From an uncultured delta proteobacterium (GTDB lineage: Bacteria > Myxococcota > Myxococcia > Myxococcales > Myxococcaceae): a stretch of 64,000 bases of DNA. Positions 42,404 through 52,368 of this stretch are shown here, in pieces; position 1 is the stretch's first letter, and every line of letters begins with the position of its first letter. The notes beneath the pieces are model-generated. The model was not told the DNA's origin. It made no database searches and was given only the letters and a program-made list of their open reading frames with translations. Where the stretch lies: NCBI GenBank assembly GCA_963771175.1, contig CAVYSY010000027.1, positions 1 to 64,000 of the forward strand, given 5' to 3'. The translations under genes were made by a program, and so were the position numbers.

Positions 42404-43377
42404 GGCATCCGCTCCGTGGAAGGAATCACTTCGCGCCACGCCGCGGGATCCGTCCCGTGGTACGCGACGAACGCCGCCACCCAGCGCTCCAGCCCGAAGG
42501 CGATACAGCCCGTGCTGGCCTGCTGCCCGTCCGGCAGGGAGAGGCCGAAGGTGCGGGAGAACGAGTCCCCGTGCAGGTTGAAGGAGGCGATCGCGAGGTC
42601 TCCTCCCTTCTGCCCGGTGACGTCCACCAACAGCTCGTACTTGAGCGACTGCGCCCGCTGCAGCAGCGTGCGCGCCCGGCCCTCCACCGCTCCGAAGAAC
42701 GGGTCCGAGGCCACGTCGATGCGCCCGGAGAGGCCGTGCGCCCTGGCGAACTCCACCACCTCCAGCAGCAGCTTCTCGCGCAGGCTGGCGATGGGCGCCT
42801 CGGGCCCCAGCAGGACGATCTCCCGCATGGTGAACTCCCACTGCCGGCGCAGCGGGGCGAACTCCCCGTGCTCGTAGCGGAAGCACCGGCCCTGGGTGGT
42901 GAGCACCATCGGCTCGCCGGTGATGGCGCGCCCCTCGAGCTCCGCGTAGCAGTGGTAGCAGACGGCGCCGGACAGCACCGCGCCCGACGAGCGCACCCGG
43001 GAGGCAGCCGTCGCCTCCACCCGCTCGCCCCCCTTCACCGCGTCCACGAACTGGCGCAGGGACGCGGTGTCCCGGTCCAGGCACATGGCGAAGGTGGCGT
43101 GGTGCGGGAAGGACTTGAAGTAGTCCGTCCGCTCCATCACCGAGATGGGCATCAGCGTGGGGTACTGGCGCTCGGAGGCGCCGTGCTTGAACGCCAGCTC
43201 GAGGAACTTGCGCTCGAAGTAGCGGAACAGCCACAGCGCGGGGCCGGACATGCCCAGCGTGCCGTTCTCGTACGAGCGCAGGTCTCCCCGCTCCAGCAAC
43301 TGGCCCACCGCCTCCGGCCGGGGCGAGCGGCCCGAGCTGAAGGCGAGGCTCTTCGGGTCCACCGTCAGGGAGCTCAC
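42400..43377 (-). CDS. Amino acid--[carrier protein] ligase (class II seryl-tRNA-synthetase-like, no tRNA-binding domain)
   Basis: YFKSFPH, AVCYH, CFRYE (motif 2), FTMRE, ASDPFF, KYEL, SFNLH, GCIAFGLER (motif 3); translationally coupled to a carrier protein. Confidence 0.87.
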   Translation of the reverse strand: MSSLTVDPKSLAFSSGRSPRPEAVGQLLERGDLRSYENGTLGMSGPALWLFRYFERKFLELAFKHGASERQYPTLMPISVMERTDYFKSFPHHATFAMCLDRDTASLRQFVDAVKGGERVEATAASRVRSSGAVLSGAVCYHCYAELEGRAITGEPMVLTTQGRCFRYEHGEFAPLRRQWEFTMREIVLLGPEAPIASLREKLLLEVVEFARAHGLSGRIDVASDPFFGAVEGRARTLLQRAQSLKYELLVDVTGQKGGDLAIASFNLHGDSFSRTFGLSLPDGQQASTGCIAFGLERWVAAFVAYHGTDPAAWREVIPSTERMP

Positions 43378-43637
43378 GCCTTCGCCTCCCCACCCGGGCA
43401 GAACGTGTCGGCGATGATCCGCGGCGTGCGGAAGTAGTTCATCGTCAGCTTGTCCTCGGGCACCTCGATGGAGAGCTCGCTCTCGATGAAGCCCATCAGG
43501 TCGATGATGCGCATCGAGTTGATGAGGCGATTCTCGAACAGCGCGGTGTCCCGGCCGATGTCCGCGGTGATGCCGTTCTCCACGCACAGCTTGCGAATGA
43601 AGGCGAGCAGCCGCTCCTCGAACTGATTCCTGTCCAT
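43374..43637 (-). CDS. Carrier protein 1 (aminoacyl carrier type)
   Basis: 87 aa; LINSMRIIDL (Ser attachment site, NS variant); IEVPE..FRT. Confidence 0.85.
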   Translation of the reverse strand: MDRNQFEERLLAFIRKLCVENGITADIGRDTALFENRLINSMRIIDLMGFIESELSIEVPEDKLTMNYFRTPRIIADTFCPGGEAKA

Positions 43638-43650
43638 GGTGTGTCCCTCG

Positions 43651-44778
43651 TCAGCTCCGGTTACGTCCCCAGTCGGTGGCCACGCCGTGGCGCAGCACGT
43701 CGCGCAGCAACTGCGTCGCGGGCGGCGGCTTCACCCGCTCGCCGAGCAGCGTGTGCACGGGCCGGGCGTCGAACACCTGGGAGGCCAGCAGGTGCCCGTA
43801 CATGGTGTCCCCGAGCCGGACGACCTCGTGGGACTGCTTGTTCTGCGTCTGCAGCAGCGTGCGCCGCAGCAGCGTGTACGTGTCCTCGTCGACGATGTCC
43901 GGCGGGAGGAAGACCCCCTGGGCCCAGCGCCGCTCCGTCTCCGCGGACACCTCGGTCATGATGTCGATGAAGTCCCGCAGCCGCAGGCCCTCGTCCCCGT
44001 TGCCGATGTGGAAGGTGCGGCCCGGCTGGTAGTGCTCCAGGAAGAGCGTGAGCAGGGCGGAGGCCGCGTAGTCGTTGGACGACAGGTCCATCCGCGAGTC
44101 GTCGGTGCCCGGCAAGGCGCCCACGTGCCCCTGGTAGAAGAGCCGCATGAGCGAGTGCATGGAGTTGTACCGGGTCACCTCGCCGCTATCCCGGCCGATG
44201 AGGTAGGCCAGCCGGTACATGGCGATGGGCAGCTCCTTCATCAGCCCGCGCACGAAGTGCTCCGCCTCGTACTTGCTCTGCTCGTACGGGTTGACGAAGC
44301 CCGCCTCGTGCACCTCGTCCGTCTCCAGGAAGCGGCCCTTGCGGTGGCCCGCCACGAAGAGGGTGCTCACGTAGCCGACGCGCTCCAGCCGGCGGAAGGT
44401 GCGCACCACCTCGAAGACATGGCGCGTGCCGTCCACGTTGGCCAGCCGCGCCTCCGGCAGCGGAGCGTCCAGCTCCACGTTGGCCGCCGAGTGGATGACG
44501 TGCGTCACCTCGTCCGCCAGCCGCGCCGCGTCCTCCGGCGACAGCCCCAGCCCGGGCCGGGTGATGTCGCCCAGCACGGGCACGAACTGGCCCTCGGGCG
44601 GGCGCGTCGAGGCATCCGGCCACAGCTTCGCCGCCAGCTTCGACCAGCGGGCCTTGAGCACCACGGGCGAGGGGGCCCGGATGAGCGCGTACACCCGCGC
44701 CTTCGGCGTGTTGCGGGCGATCCAGCGCGCCATCTCCATACCGACGGCGCCGGTGATTCCAGTCAGGAACAGGTTCAT
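43651..44778 (-). CDS. Thioester reductase / fatty acyl reductase-like extended SDR
   Basis: LTGITGAVG, GDIT..LGL, IHSAANV, NVDGT, VST, YEQSK. Confidence 0.87.
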   Translation of the reverse strand: MNLFLTGITGAVGMEMARWIARNTPKARVYALIRAPSPVVLKARWSKLAAKLWPDASTRPPEGQFVPVLGDITRPGLGLSPEDAARLADEVTHVIHSAANVELDAPLPEARLANVDGTRHVFEVVRTFRRLERVGYVSTLFVAGHRKGRFLETDEVHEAGFVNPYEQSKYEAEHFVRGLMKELPIAMYRLAYLIGRDSGEVTRYNSMHSLMRLFYQGHVGALPGTDDSRMDLSSNDYAASALLTLFLEHYQPGRTFHIGNGDEGLRLRDFIDIMTEVSAETERRWAQGVFLPPDIVDEDTYTLLRRTLLQTQNKQSHEVVRLGDTMYGHLLASQVFDARPVHTLLGERVKPPPATQLLRDVLRHGVATDWGRNRS

Positions 44779-44811
44779 GGTGTGGGAGGTTCCGTGGGGG
44801 GGGCGCGTGCG

Positions 44812-45790
44812 TCAGATCCGCACGATGCTGCAGCCCCAGTGCGCGCCGAGCCCGAAGGAGAACATCATCACGTGGTCGCCCTTCTTCACCAGGCCCTGGT
44901 CGATGACGTCCTTGAGGTTGATCCAATTGTCCGCCGCCACCGAGTGGCCCTTGGGACGGATGTTCTCCGTGTAGATCTTCTCCAGGGGGATGCCGGTGAA
45001 CTTGCTGAGGATCTCCCAGCTCCGCAGGCTGACGTTGTGGGGGATGAGGAGCTTGATGTCCTCGCGAGCCAGCCCGCTGGCCTTGAAGGTCTTCTCCAGC
45101 ACGCGCTTGCCGGTGGGGAAGTAGGCGGCGAGCAGCTCGTTCTGGTGGCCGTCCGGGTCCCAGTAATAGCCGCGGGTGAGCGTGTGGTACGTCTTGAGCT
45201 GGAGGCCCTCGGGATCGCGCGACAGCAGCACCGCGCACGCCGAGTCGCTGCAGACGTTGTAGACGACCTCGCGCTTGATGCCGTCGGGGAAGACGTCCGC
45301 GTTGACGCAGAGGGCGTACTTCAGGTCCTCCATCTCCATGACGGCGTGGGCCAGCCACACCGCGTGGGACAGGGAGACGCAGCCCAGCTCGCTCAGGCCC
45401 ACCGTGCGCGCGTTGGACAGGCCCAGCTCGTCCTGGAGGCGCGTGCTGGAGAAGCGGAACAGCCCCAGGTGCGCGTTGTCCCCCGAGGGGTACTCGGCGA
45501 GCGAGTCGCCACGCGGCACCAGCGAGCTGGTGGGCAGCACGCTCGCGTTGATGAGCAGCCCCACCTCCAGCGGATCCACCCCGTGACGCTCCAGCAGCGC
45601 CTTGAGGGTCGTCGAAGCGAGCTGCGTGGCCGGCACATTCGACACCCGGCAGTCGCCGAAGCCGAAGTCCGCGCATCGTCTCGGGCGTGCTGACGAGGCG
45701 CCCCTCTTCCGCGAGTTGCTCGAGGCCGACCTGCCGCTCGGGCAGCGTGTAGTGGATACCGTGGATGCGAATGGTCGAGGACGGATTCAT
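44812..45790 (-). CDS. KAS III (FabH-like) condensing enzyme/acyltransferase, frameshift near 45675
   Basis: ELGCVS catalytic Cys, SDSACA, IPHN, GHSVAAD, FGLGAHWG. Confidence 0.85.
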
Positions 45791-46458
45791 GAGCGCACGA
45801 TGGCCAGCAGGTGGTGGTGCAGGGCCAGGAAGGTGAAGGCGAACTCGCGGGAAACGGGCTGACGCAGTCGGAGCACGCCCTCGCCGAGCTCGGGCTCCAG
45901 GGCGCGCAACGGAAGGGGCTCCGGCGGGCGGAGGGCCTTGTAGAGCGCCTCCTTCAGCAGCCACAGCCGCGGGGCCAGCTCCGGCTCCCGCTCGCAGCGG
46001 GCCCGCTCGGCGGGAGTAAGGAAGAAGTGCCACAGCCGCTCGGGGATGGGGGCCACCGGCTCCACGTCCACGCCCACCTGGCCGCGCGAGGTGACGGCCG
46101 CCACCGACAGGCCGCGCCCGTGGCTGAGCGACACCTCCAGGCGCCGCGAGCCCTCCGGCACGTGCAGCCGGGGCTCTCCCTGGGGGCCCGGCAGCACCTC
46201 CACGTGGCTCGGCGGACACTCCGGGCCGAGCAGCTCCCGAGCCACCTGCTTGCACACCCGGCGCCCGCGGAGCCACTCGTGCTGGCGAGGGCCGGGCAAC
46301 GCGGAGAGGACGTCCCGCTCGCGCTCGGACAGGAGCTCCCACCCGAGCGGCGAGGCCGGAGCCGGCGCCAGGACGCCGACGCCCACCTCATCCCAGCAGA
46401 GGAAGGAACCCCCCTCCGGAGCAGAGAGCGTCATGCCTTGCATTACTCCGGGTTGCAT
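45787..46458 (-). CDS. Sfp-type 4'-phosphopantetheinyl transferase
   Basis: GEP, VSLSH, VGVDVE, WLLKEALYKA. Confidence 0.88.
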   Translation of the reverse strand: MQPGVMQGMTLSAPEGGSFLCWDEVGVGVLAPAPASPLGWELLSERERDVLSALPGPRQHEWLRGRRVCKQVARELLGPECPPSHVEVLPGPQGEPRLHVPEGSRRLEVSLSHGRGLSVAAVTSRGQVGVDVEPVAPIPERLWHFFLTPAERARCEREPELAPRLWLLKEALYKALRPPEPLPLRALEPELGEGVLRLRQPVSREFAFTFLALHHHLLAIVRS

Positions 46459-46532
46459 AATTGGTGTGTAGAGTACACTTCGCCGACAAGCAAGGCCCCC
46501 CTGATTTTTCAGTCAAACCGGAGAGATTGACA

Positions 46533-46931
46533 TTGCCTGAAAACAACATCTTCGCGCGCATCGTTCGAGGAGAGATTCCCTGTCACAAGGTGTGGGAGGA
46601 CGAGCGGCACCTGGCCTTCCTGGACATCCGGCCGGTGCAGCCCGGACACACGCTGGTGATTCCGAAGGCGGACGGGGACTACCTGTTCGACCTGGAGCCC
46701 CAGCGGTACGGGGAGCTGATGCAGGCGGTGCGCACGGTGGCGCGGCTGCTCAAGGAGCGCACCGGGTGCCAGCGCGTGGTGGAGGTGGTGCTGGGCTACG
46801 AGGTGCCTCACGCCCACGTGCACCTGATTCCCACCGACTCCATGGCGGACCTGCCGCCCATCCTCGGCACTCCGGCGGAGCAGGCGGACCTGGCGGCCAT
46901 GGCGGCGCGCCTGCGAGGCCCGGGCAAATGA
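46533..46931 (+). CDS. HIT family hydrolase
   Basis: IFARIVRGEIP, AFLDIRP, GHTLVIPK, VPHAHVHLIP. Confidence 0.92.
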   Translation: MPENNIFARIVRGEIPCHKVWEDERHLAFLDIRPVQPGHTLVIPKADGDYLFDLEPQRYGELMQAVRTVARLLKERTGCQRVVEVVLGYEVPHAHVHLIPTDSMADLPPILGTPAEQADLAAMAARLRGPGK

Positions 46932-47179
46932 CGCCCTCCACGAAGACGGCGGAGGACATCCAGCGCTGGCTGGTGGAGCGCGTGGCGGGCTTCCTGGAGC
47001 TGACGCCCGCGGACATCGACGTGCGGGCGCCCTTCCAGCACTACGGGTTGGACTCGATGGAGCAGCTGCGCATCATCGGCGAGCTGGAGACGTGGCTGCA
47101 GCGGGAGTTCGAGGAGACGCTGCTGCGCCAGTACCCCACCATCGAGTCGGTGGCGGCCTTCCTGGCGAAGGCCGCCTGA
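46928..47179 (+). CDS. Carrier protein 2 (acyl carrier, PKS/FAAL type)
   Basis: WLVERVA..IDVRAPFQHYGLDSM..YPTIESVA; ATGA overlap with the HIT gene. Confidence 0.9.
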   Translation: MTPSTKTAEDIQRWLVERVAGFLELTPADIDVRAPFQHYGLDSMEQLRIIGELETWLQREFEETLLRQYPTIESVAAFLAKAA

Positions 47180-47239
47180 GGCCCGAGCGCCGCGCGGGGG
47201 CTTCGGCACGAGGAAGTGCCGGAGCCCACCGGGCGAGAC

Positions 47240-49077
47240 TCATGCCGCGCGCGTGTCGCCACTCTTCTCGGCGTCGCGGTACAGCTCCTCCAGCGCCTCG
47301 CCGAACTTCTTGAGCACGTTGCGGCGCTTGAGCTTGAGCGACGGCGTCAGCATGTCGTTGGCGGTGGTGAAGTCCTCGCTGATGAGCAGGAAGCGCTGCG
47401 GCTTCTCGTAGCCCTTGAGCCCGCGTGGACAGCTCGTTGATCTGCTCGCGGTAGAGCTGCTGCACCTCGGGCCGCTTGAGCAGCTCGGGGATGGAGGTGG
47501 TGTCGAGGCCCTTCTCGCTGGCCCACTTCTTCAGCGCCTCCATGTCCGGGACGATGATCGCCACGTTGAAGGGCTTGTTCTGCGCCGTGCATCATCACGT
47601 TGGCGATGACGGGCGAGAGCTTGCAGCGCCTGCTCGATGGGCACCGGCACCACGTACTTGCCGTTCTCCAGCTTGTACTGCTCCTTGATGCGGCCGGTGA
47701 TGTAGAGGAAGCCGTCGTCGTCGAGGTAGCCCATGTCGCCGGTGCGGAAGCCGCCGTCGCCGGTGAAGACCTTCGCGTTCTCCTCGGGCAGGTTGTAGTA
47801 GCCCATCATCACGTTGTGGCCGTAGACGACGATCTCGCCCTGCTCGGCGTCGCCGGTCGCGGCGCGTGTCGATCTCGACGCGCACGCCGGGGATGGCCTT
47901 GCCGACCGAGCCGATCTTGCCGGTGGCCCGGGTAGTTCGCGGTGGCGATGGGGCGACGTCTCGGTGAGGCCGTAGCCCTCGTAGACGGTGATGCCGAGGT
48001 TGTCGATGAACTCGGCGACCTCGCGCGAGATCGCCGCGCCGCCGCAGAAGGCGTACTTCAGCCGGCCGCCGAAGCGCTCGCGCACCTTGGAGAAGACGAC
48101 CTTGTCGAAGACGGCGTGCTGCAGGTCCAGCAGCACGCTGCTCTGCTGCCCTGCGCCGCGAGCTGCCTTGCGCTGCTTGGCCGCCATCCGAGGCCGCGCG
48201 TGAAGAGCATGCGCTTGATGGCCGACTCGGCGGCCATGCGCTTCTGCAGCCCGTCGTAGATGCGGTTGAAGATGCGCGGCACCGAGAAGAGCAGCGTGGG
48301 CTTCACCTCGGCGAGGTTGTCGATGATCTTCTCGACGCTCTCGGCGATGCCCATCGAGGCGCCCATGGAGAACAGGCCGTGGAGCTCGACGACCTGCCCG
48401 AAGGAGTGCGCCCACGGGAGGAAGGACGAGCGAGCGATCCTCCAGGTCATGCGGGAAGATCTCGTGCATGGCGCGTCACGTTGCGCGCGAGGTTCGCGTG
48501 GCTGAGCATCACGCCCTTGGGGTTGCCGGTGGTGCCCGAGGTGTAGATGAGGCCGGCCAGGTCCGCGGGCTTGGGCTGGGTGAGCACGGGGCTGGGCGTC
48601 TCCGCGCCGCGGCGCAGCAGGCACGCGATAGGAGTCCGTCTCGGTCTCGGTGCCGGAGAAGCGGATGATGTGCTCGAGCTTGGGCAGCGGCCGGCTTGAG
48701 CGCCTCGAGCTTGGCGGCGATGGCGTCGGTGGCGGCGAACACCACCTTGGCGCCGCAGTCATTGAGGATGTACTGCCACTCCTTGTCGAGCTGCTGCTCG
48801 TACATGGGCACGTAGGCGGCCCCCAGCGTGTACGACGGCATAGGCGCCCACCGCCCACTCGTGCCGGTTGTTGGAGATGACCGCCACCCGATCACCCGTG
48901 CGTCACGCCGAGCTGGGACAGACCTCCGCGCAGGTCGTCCACGAGCTGGCCGAACCGCGCATAGGACATCCACGTCCACTGCCCGTTCTTCTTCTCCCCG
49001 AAGAGCGGCCGCGGGCCGAAGGAAGCGGTGCTCTGCAGGAAGATCTCGACCAACGTGTCGAACTTGGGGCTCGCCAT
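47240..49077 (-). CDS. Long-chain fatty acid--CoA ligase, many frameshifts
   Basis: [52 protein letters not shown]. Confidence 0.88.
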
Positions 49078-49258
49078 GTGTACCTGGGCTCCTTGGGTTC
49101 AGCGATGTGGGCGGTGTCGAAGGACCCCCCCCGATGCCTGGGAATGCCGGGAAGCTATCGCAACTCGAGTCCTACTGGATGGGTCTCCAAGCACTTTGGA
49201 CCGCACTCGAAGTGGAAAGTGGACATGACGCATGGAGTCATGGCGCGCGGCACGAGCC

Positions 49259-50938
49259 TCAGAACGGCGCGGGGCACTCGAGCTCGAGGCGCTCGCCGGT
49301 GTGGGGATGGAGGAACCTCAGGGCCTCGACATGCAGCAGCAGGCGCGTGTCGTCACGGCCGTACAGCCGATCTCCGACGATGGGGACGCCCAGGCCCAGG
49401 GGGTGCGCGGCGTGGACGCGAGGCTGGTGGGTGCGATCCGTGCGGAGGAAGAGCGACACCCGCGTCCGGGCGAGGGTCCGCTGGGTGACGCGCCACTCGG
49501 TGATGGCGCGCTTGCCGTGCTTCGGGTCGACGCACTGGCGGGGACGGTCCTCGGGATCGCCGCGCAGCGGCAGCTCGATGACACCGTGGTCACCGGCGAC
49601 GTGGCCGTCGAGCCAGGCGACATAGCGCTCGTCGGCCTCGCGCCGCGCGAACTGCCGCTGGAGCGCCGCGTAGGTCTCTGGAGTCCTGGCGATGAGCAGA
49701 AGCCCGGAGGCCTCGAGCTCCAGGCGGTGCACGACCAGAAGCCCCGCCGCGTCCGCGTATCGTCGCTGGAGGCGGACGAGCACGGAGTCGCGCAGCAGGG
49801 CGTGGCGGCCGGGAACCGACAGCAGGCCCCGAGGCTTGTCCACGACGAGCAGCCACGGGTCTTCGTACACGAGCCGGGGCTCCTCCACCGGGAGCGGCTC
49901 CGAGCCGGCGAGCGGCGGTTCGACGGGCAGCCCCTCGAGCATGTACGGAAGGACCTGGCCGCACTTGTGATGACATGCGGGGTAGTACACGCCCGCCTCC
50001 CGCCCCCCCGAGAGAGGAGGCGCGCCCCACCAGAACTCGGCGAGCGCCAGCGGCTTCAGGTGGTGGCGGTAGGCATGGCCGAGGAGCTTCGGAGCGGCGC
50101 AGTCCCCCGCTCCGCCGGGCGGCGCCTCATTCGCGAACAGCGCTCCCAGGGTCCGCTGTTCACCGCGCGCATTCAGCAGCACGTAGCTGTCGGCCATCCG
50201 CTGCCAGAGCTGCCTCGAACGCTCGGCACGCTGGTGCTCGAGCTCCGCGCGACGCGCGTCGAGCGCTCGTAAGGCCGAGGCCAGGGCCTCACGCTCCTGG
50301 TGGTGCGCCTCATCCAACCGCCGGCGCTCGGCGGCATCAGCACGGCTCTCCTGCGCGAGCGCCGCACGTCGCTCGTCAGCTCCCGCGGCCCCGTCGGCCA
50401 GATGCCGGCGCGCGTCGTGCCGGAGGCGGCGGTTCGCGTCGTGGCGTGCACGCATCCCGGCGGTGGCGACGTCGTGCCGCGCGGTCAGCTCGGCGAGGCG
50501 CGCGCGCAGCGCCACGGGCTCGGCACCGTCGACCAGCTCGGCATGGCGGTCGGCGAGCGCGCGCAGCTCGGCCTCGCCGGCGGGCCAGAACGCATCGCGC
50601 GCGACCGGGTCGAAGAGTGGCGGCGCGAACCCGTCGATCTCCCAGCGGTCGTCGAGCATGCCCGAGAACCCGCACAGGTAGCCCACCCGACCATCCGGGG
50701 CCGCGACGACCAGCACACCGAACATCTTGCCGCCGCCAGGCTCATCGAGGGCGCTGAGGTCGATCCCACCGGAGAAGTCGCCACGGCGCAGACGCAGCTG
50801 CAACGCCTCCGCGGCCCGGCGCGCCAGGGCCTGCGGCGCGCCCTGGATGAACGGGCTCGCCAGCCGCACCGGCACCTCGTCTGGGGCCGGCTGCGGCTCG
50901 AAGTACGTCACGACCGCCTGCGAAGGTGCCTCTCTCAC
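49259..50938 (-). CDS. RluA-family pseudouridine synthase with long N-terminal extension
   Basis: GKMFGVLVV, GAGDCAAPKLL, VDKPRGLLSVPG, VHRLELEASG, RTHQPRVH; the catalytic HRLD reads HRLE. Confidence 0.8.
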   Translation of the reverse strand: MREAPSQAVVTYFEPQPAPDEVPVRLASPFIQGAPQALARRAAEALQLRLRRGDFSGGIDLSALDEPGGGKMFGVLVVAAPDGRVGYLCGFSGMLDDRWEIDGFAPPLFDPVARDAFWPAGEAELRALADRHAELVDGAEPVALRARLAELTARHDVATAGMRARHDANRRLRHDARRHLADGAAGADERRAALAQESRADAAERRRLDEAHHQEREALASALRALDARRAELEHQRAERSRQLWQRMADSYVLLNARGEQRTLGALFANEAPPGGAGDCAAPKLLGHAYRHHLKPLALAEFWWGAPPLSGGREAGVYYPACHHKCGQVLPYMLEGLPVEPPLAGSEPLPVEEPRLVYEDPWLLVVDKPRGLLSVPGRHALLRDSVLVRLQRRYADAAGLLVVHRLELEASGLLLIARTPETYAALQRQFARREADERYVAWLDGHVAGDHGVIELPLRGDPEDRPRQCVDPKHGKRAITEWRVTQRTLARTRVSLFLRTDRTHQPRVHAAHPLGLGVPIVGDRLYGRDDTRLLLHVEALRFLHPHTGERLELECPAPF

Positions 50939-50967
50939 GATGACCTGGGTGCCATGATACGCCCAGC

Positions 50968-52324
50968 CTATGGCTCGACCAGGTTGAAGCGTCGCCACGC
51001 GCCGCCCCGGAAGCGCAGGTACAGGGCCAGGGCGAGCGCGCCAATCCACGCCACCAGCCAGAGCATGGCCACCTGCGCGCCGGCCCCGAAGTGGCGGACG
51101 CTGAGCCAGGTGCCGGGCACGAAGAAGAACCAGGCCAGCGCCATCCGCACCCAGAGGGTGAAGGCGGTGTCCCCCGCGGCGCGCAGGGCCTCGGTCAGGG
51201 TGGTGGCCGCGGCATCGAAGAGCTGCCACGCCACGGAGATGCGCAACAGCCGCGCCCCGGTGGCGAGCAACGCGCCGCTCGCCGCCCCTCCCGCGAAGGG
51301 AGCGAAGGTCCACTCCGGCAGCAGCAGGAAGAGGACGCCCACCACCGCCTGCCAGCCCGCAGTGAGGAGGAAGGTGAGCCGCACCGCGCGCGGTACGTCG
51401 TCCCTCGCGCCCGCGCCAATGGCCTGACCCACCACGATGGCCCCCGCGCTCGCCACGGCGAACGCCGGCATGAAGGCCCCCGAGTTGAGCTGCATGACGG
51501 CCATCAGCGCCGCCAATGAGGTGGTGCCCAGCCCCGCCACCACCACGTTGACGAAGAAGTTGTAGGCCAGGAACTCGAAGAACCAGTTGAGGCCCGAGGG
51601 CAGGCCGAAACGCAGCGTGCGCAGGAACTCGCGCCCGTGCAGGCGGGGGAGTACCGGGCCGCGGCCCTCGAAGAGGAAGACGCCGAGCAGTCCGAGGAAG
51701 CCAAGTGCCGAGGAGGCGACCGTCGCCCACGCCGCGCCCGCGATGCCGAGCGCGGGAAACCCGAGGTGGCCGTCGATGAGCAGCCAGTTGCCCAGGACGT
51801 TGAGCACCATGGCGACGAGGCTGGCCACCATGGGCAGCCGGGTGTTGCCGAGGCCCGCGTAGTAGTTGGCGAGCGCCTCGAGGCCCACGGCGACCACCCC
51901 CGACAGCAGGCGTATCTGGAGGTACTGCCGCACGCCCTCGCGCACCTCGGGGGCGTACTCGAACAGGGCGAGTCCCGCGGGCAGCAGGGGCACGAGGAGC
52001 AGACAGAGCACCTGGGCGAGGCCCGCGATGGCGAGGCCATACCAGGCGTAGCGCCGGGCACCGGCGACGTCGCCGCTCCCGAAGTACTGGGAGGCGAAGC
52101 TGGAGACGATGAACACCGTGCCCATGGGCAGGATGAACACCAGTTGGGCGTTCATCGCGCCCGTGGTGACGGCGGCCAGGGAGACCTCGCCGAGATGGGC
52201 CACCATGAGCGCGTCCGCGAGCCCCACCACCACCTGCGTGGAGCGCGGAGATGATGATGGGCCACGCCAGCCGCAGCAGCGCGGGAATCGACACGGCGAC
52301 ACGTTGGCCAGGAGCGCTGGTCAT
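50968..52324 (-). CDS. MATE family efflux transporter, frameshift near 52250
   Basis: LLRLAWP, D..MVAHLG, GNTRLPM, LGIAGAAWAT, ALRAAGDT. Confidence 0.9.
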
Positions 52325-52368
52325 CCCGCGACTCCTAGCACGGCCGCCCTACTCCAACGTCGCTCGCT

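Noticed and set aside
42400..43377. Housekeeping seryl-tRNA synthetase
   Set aside because: It is short, lacks the N-terminal tRNA-binding region and is coupled to a carrier protein.
49259..52324. 1021-aa MATE-RluA fusion ORF
   Set aside because: A frameshift near 52250 joins the MATE start to an off-frame stretch. MATE ends at 50968 in another frame.
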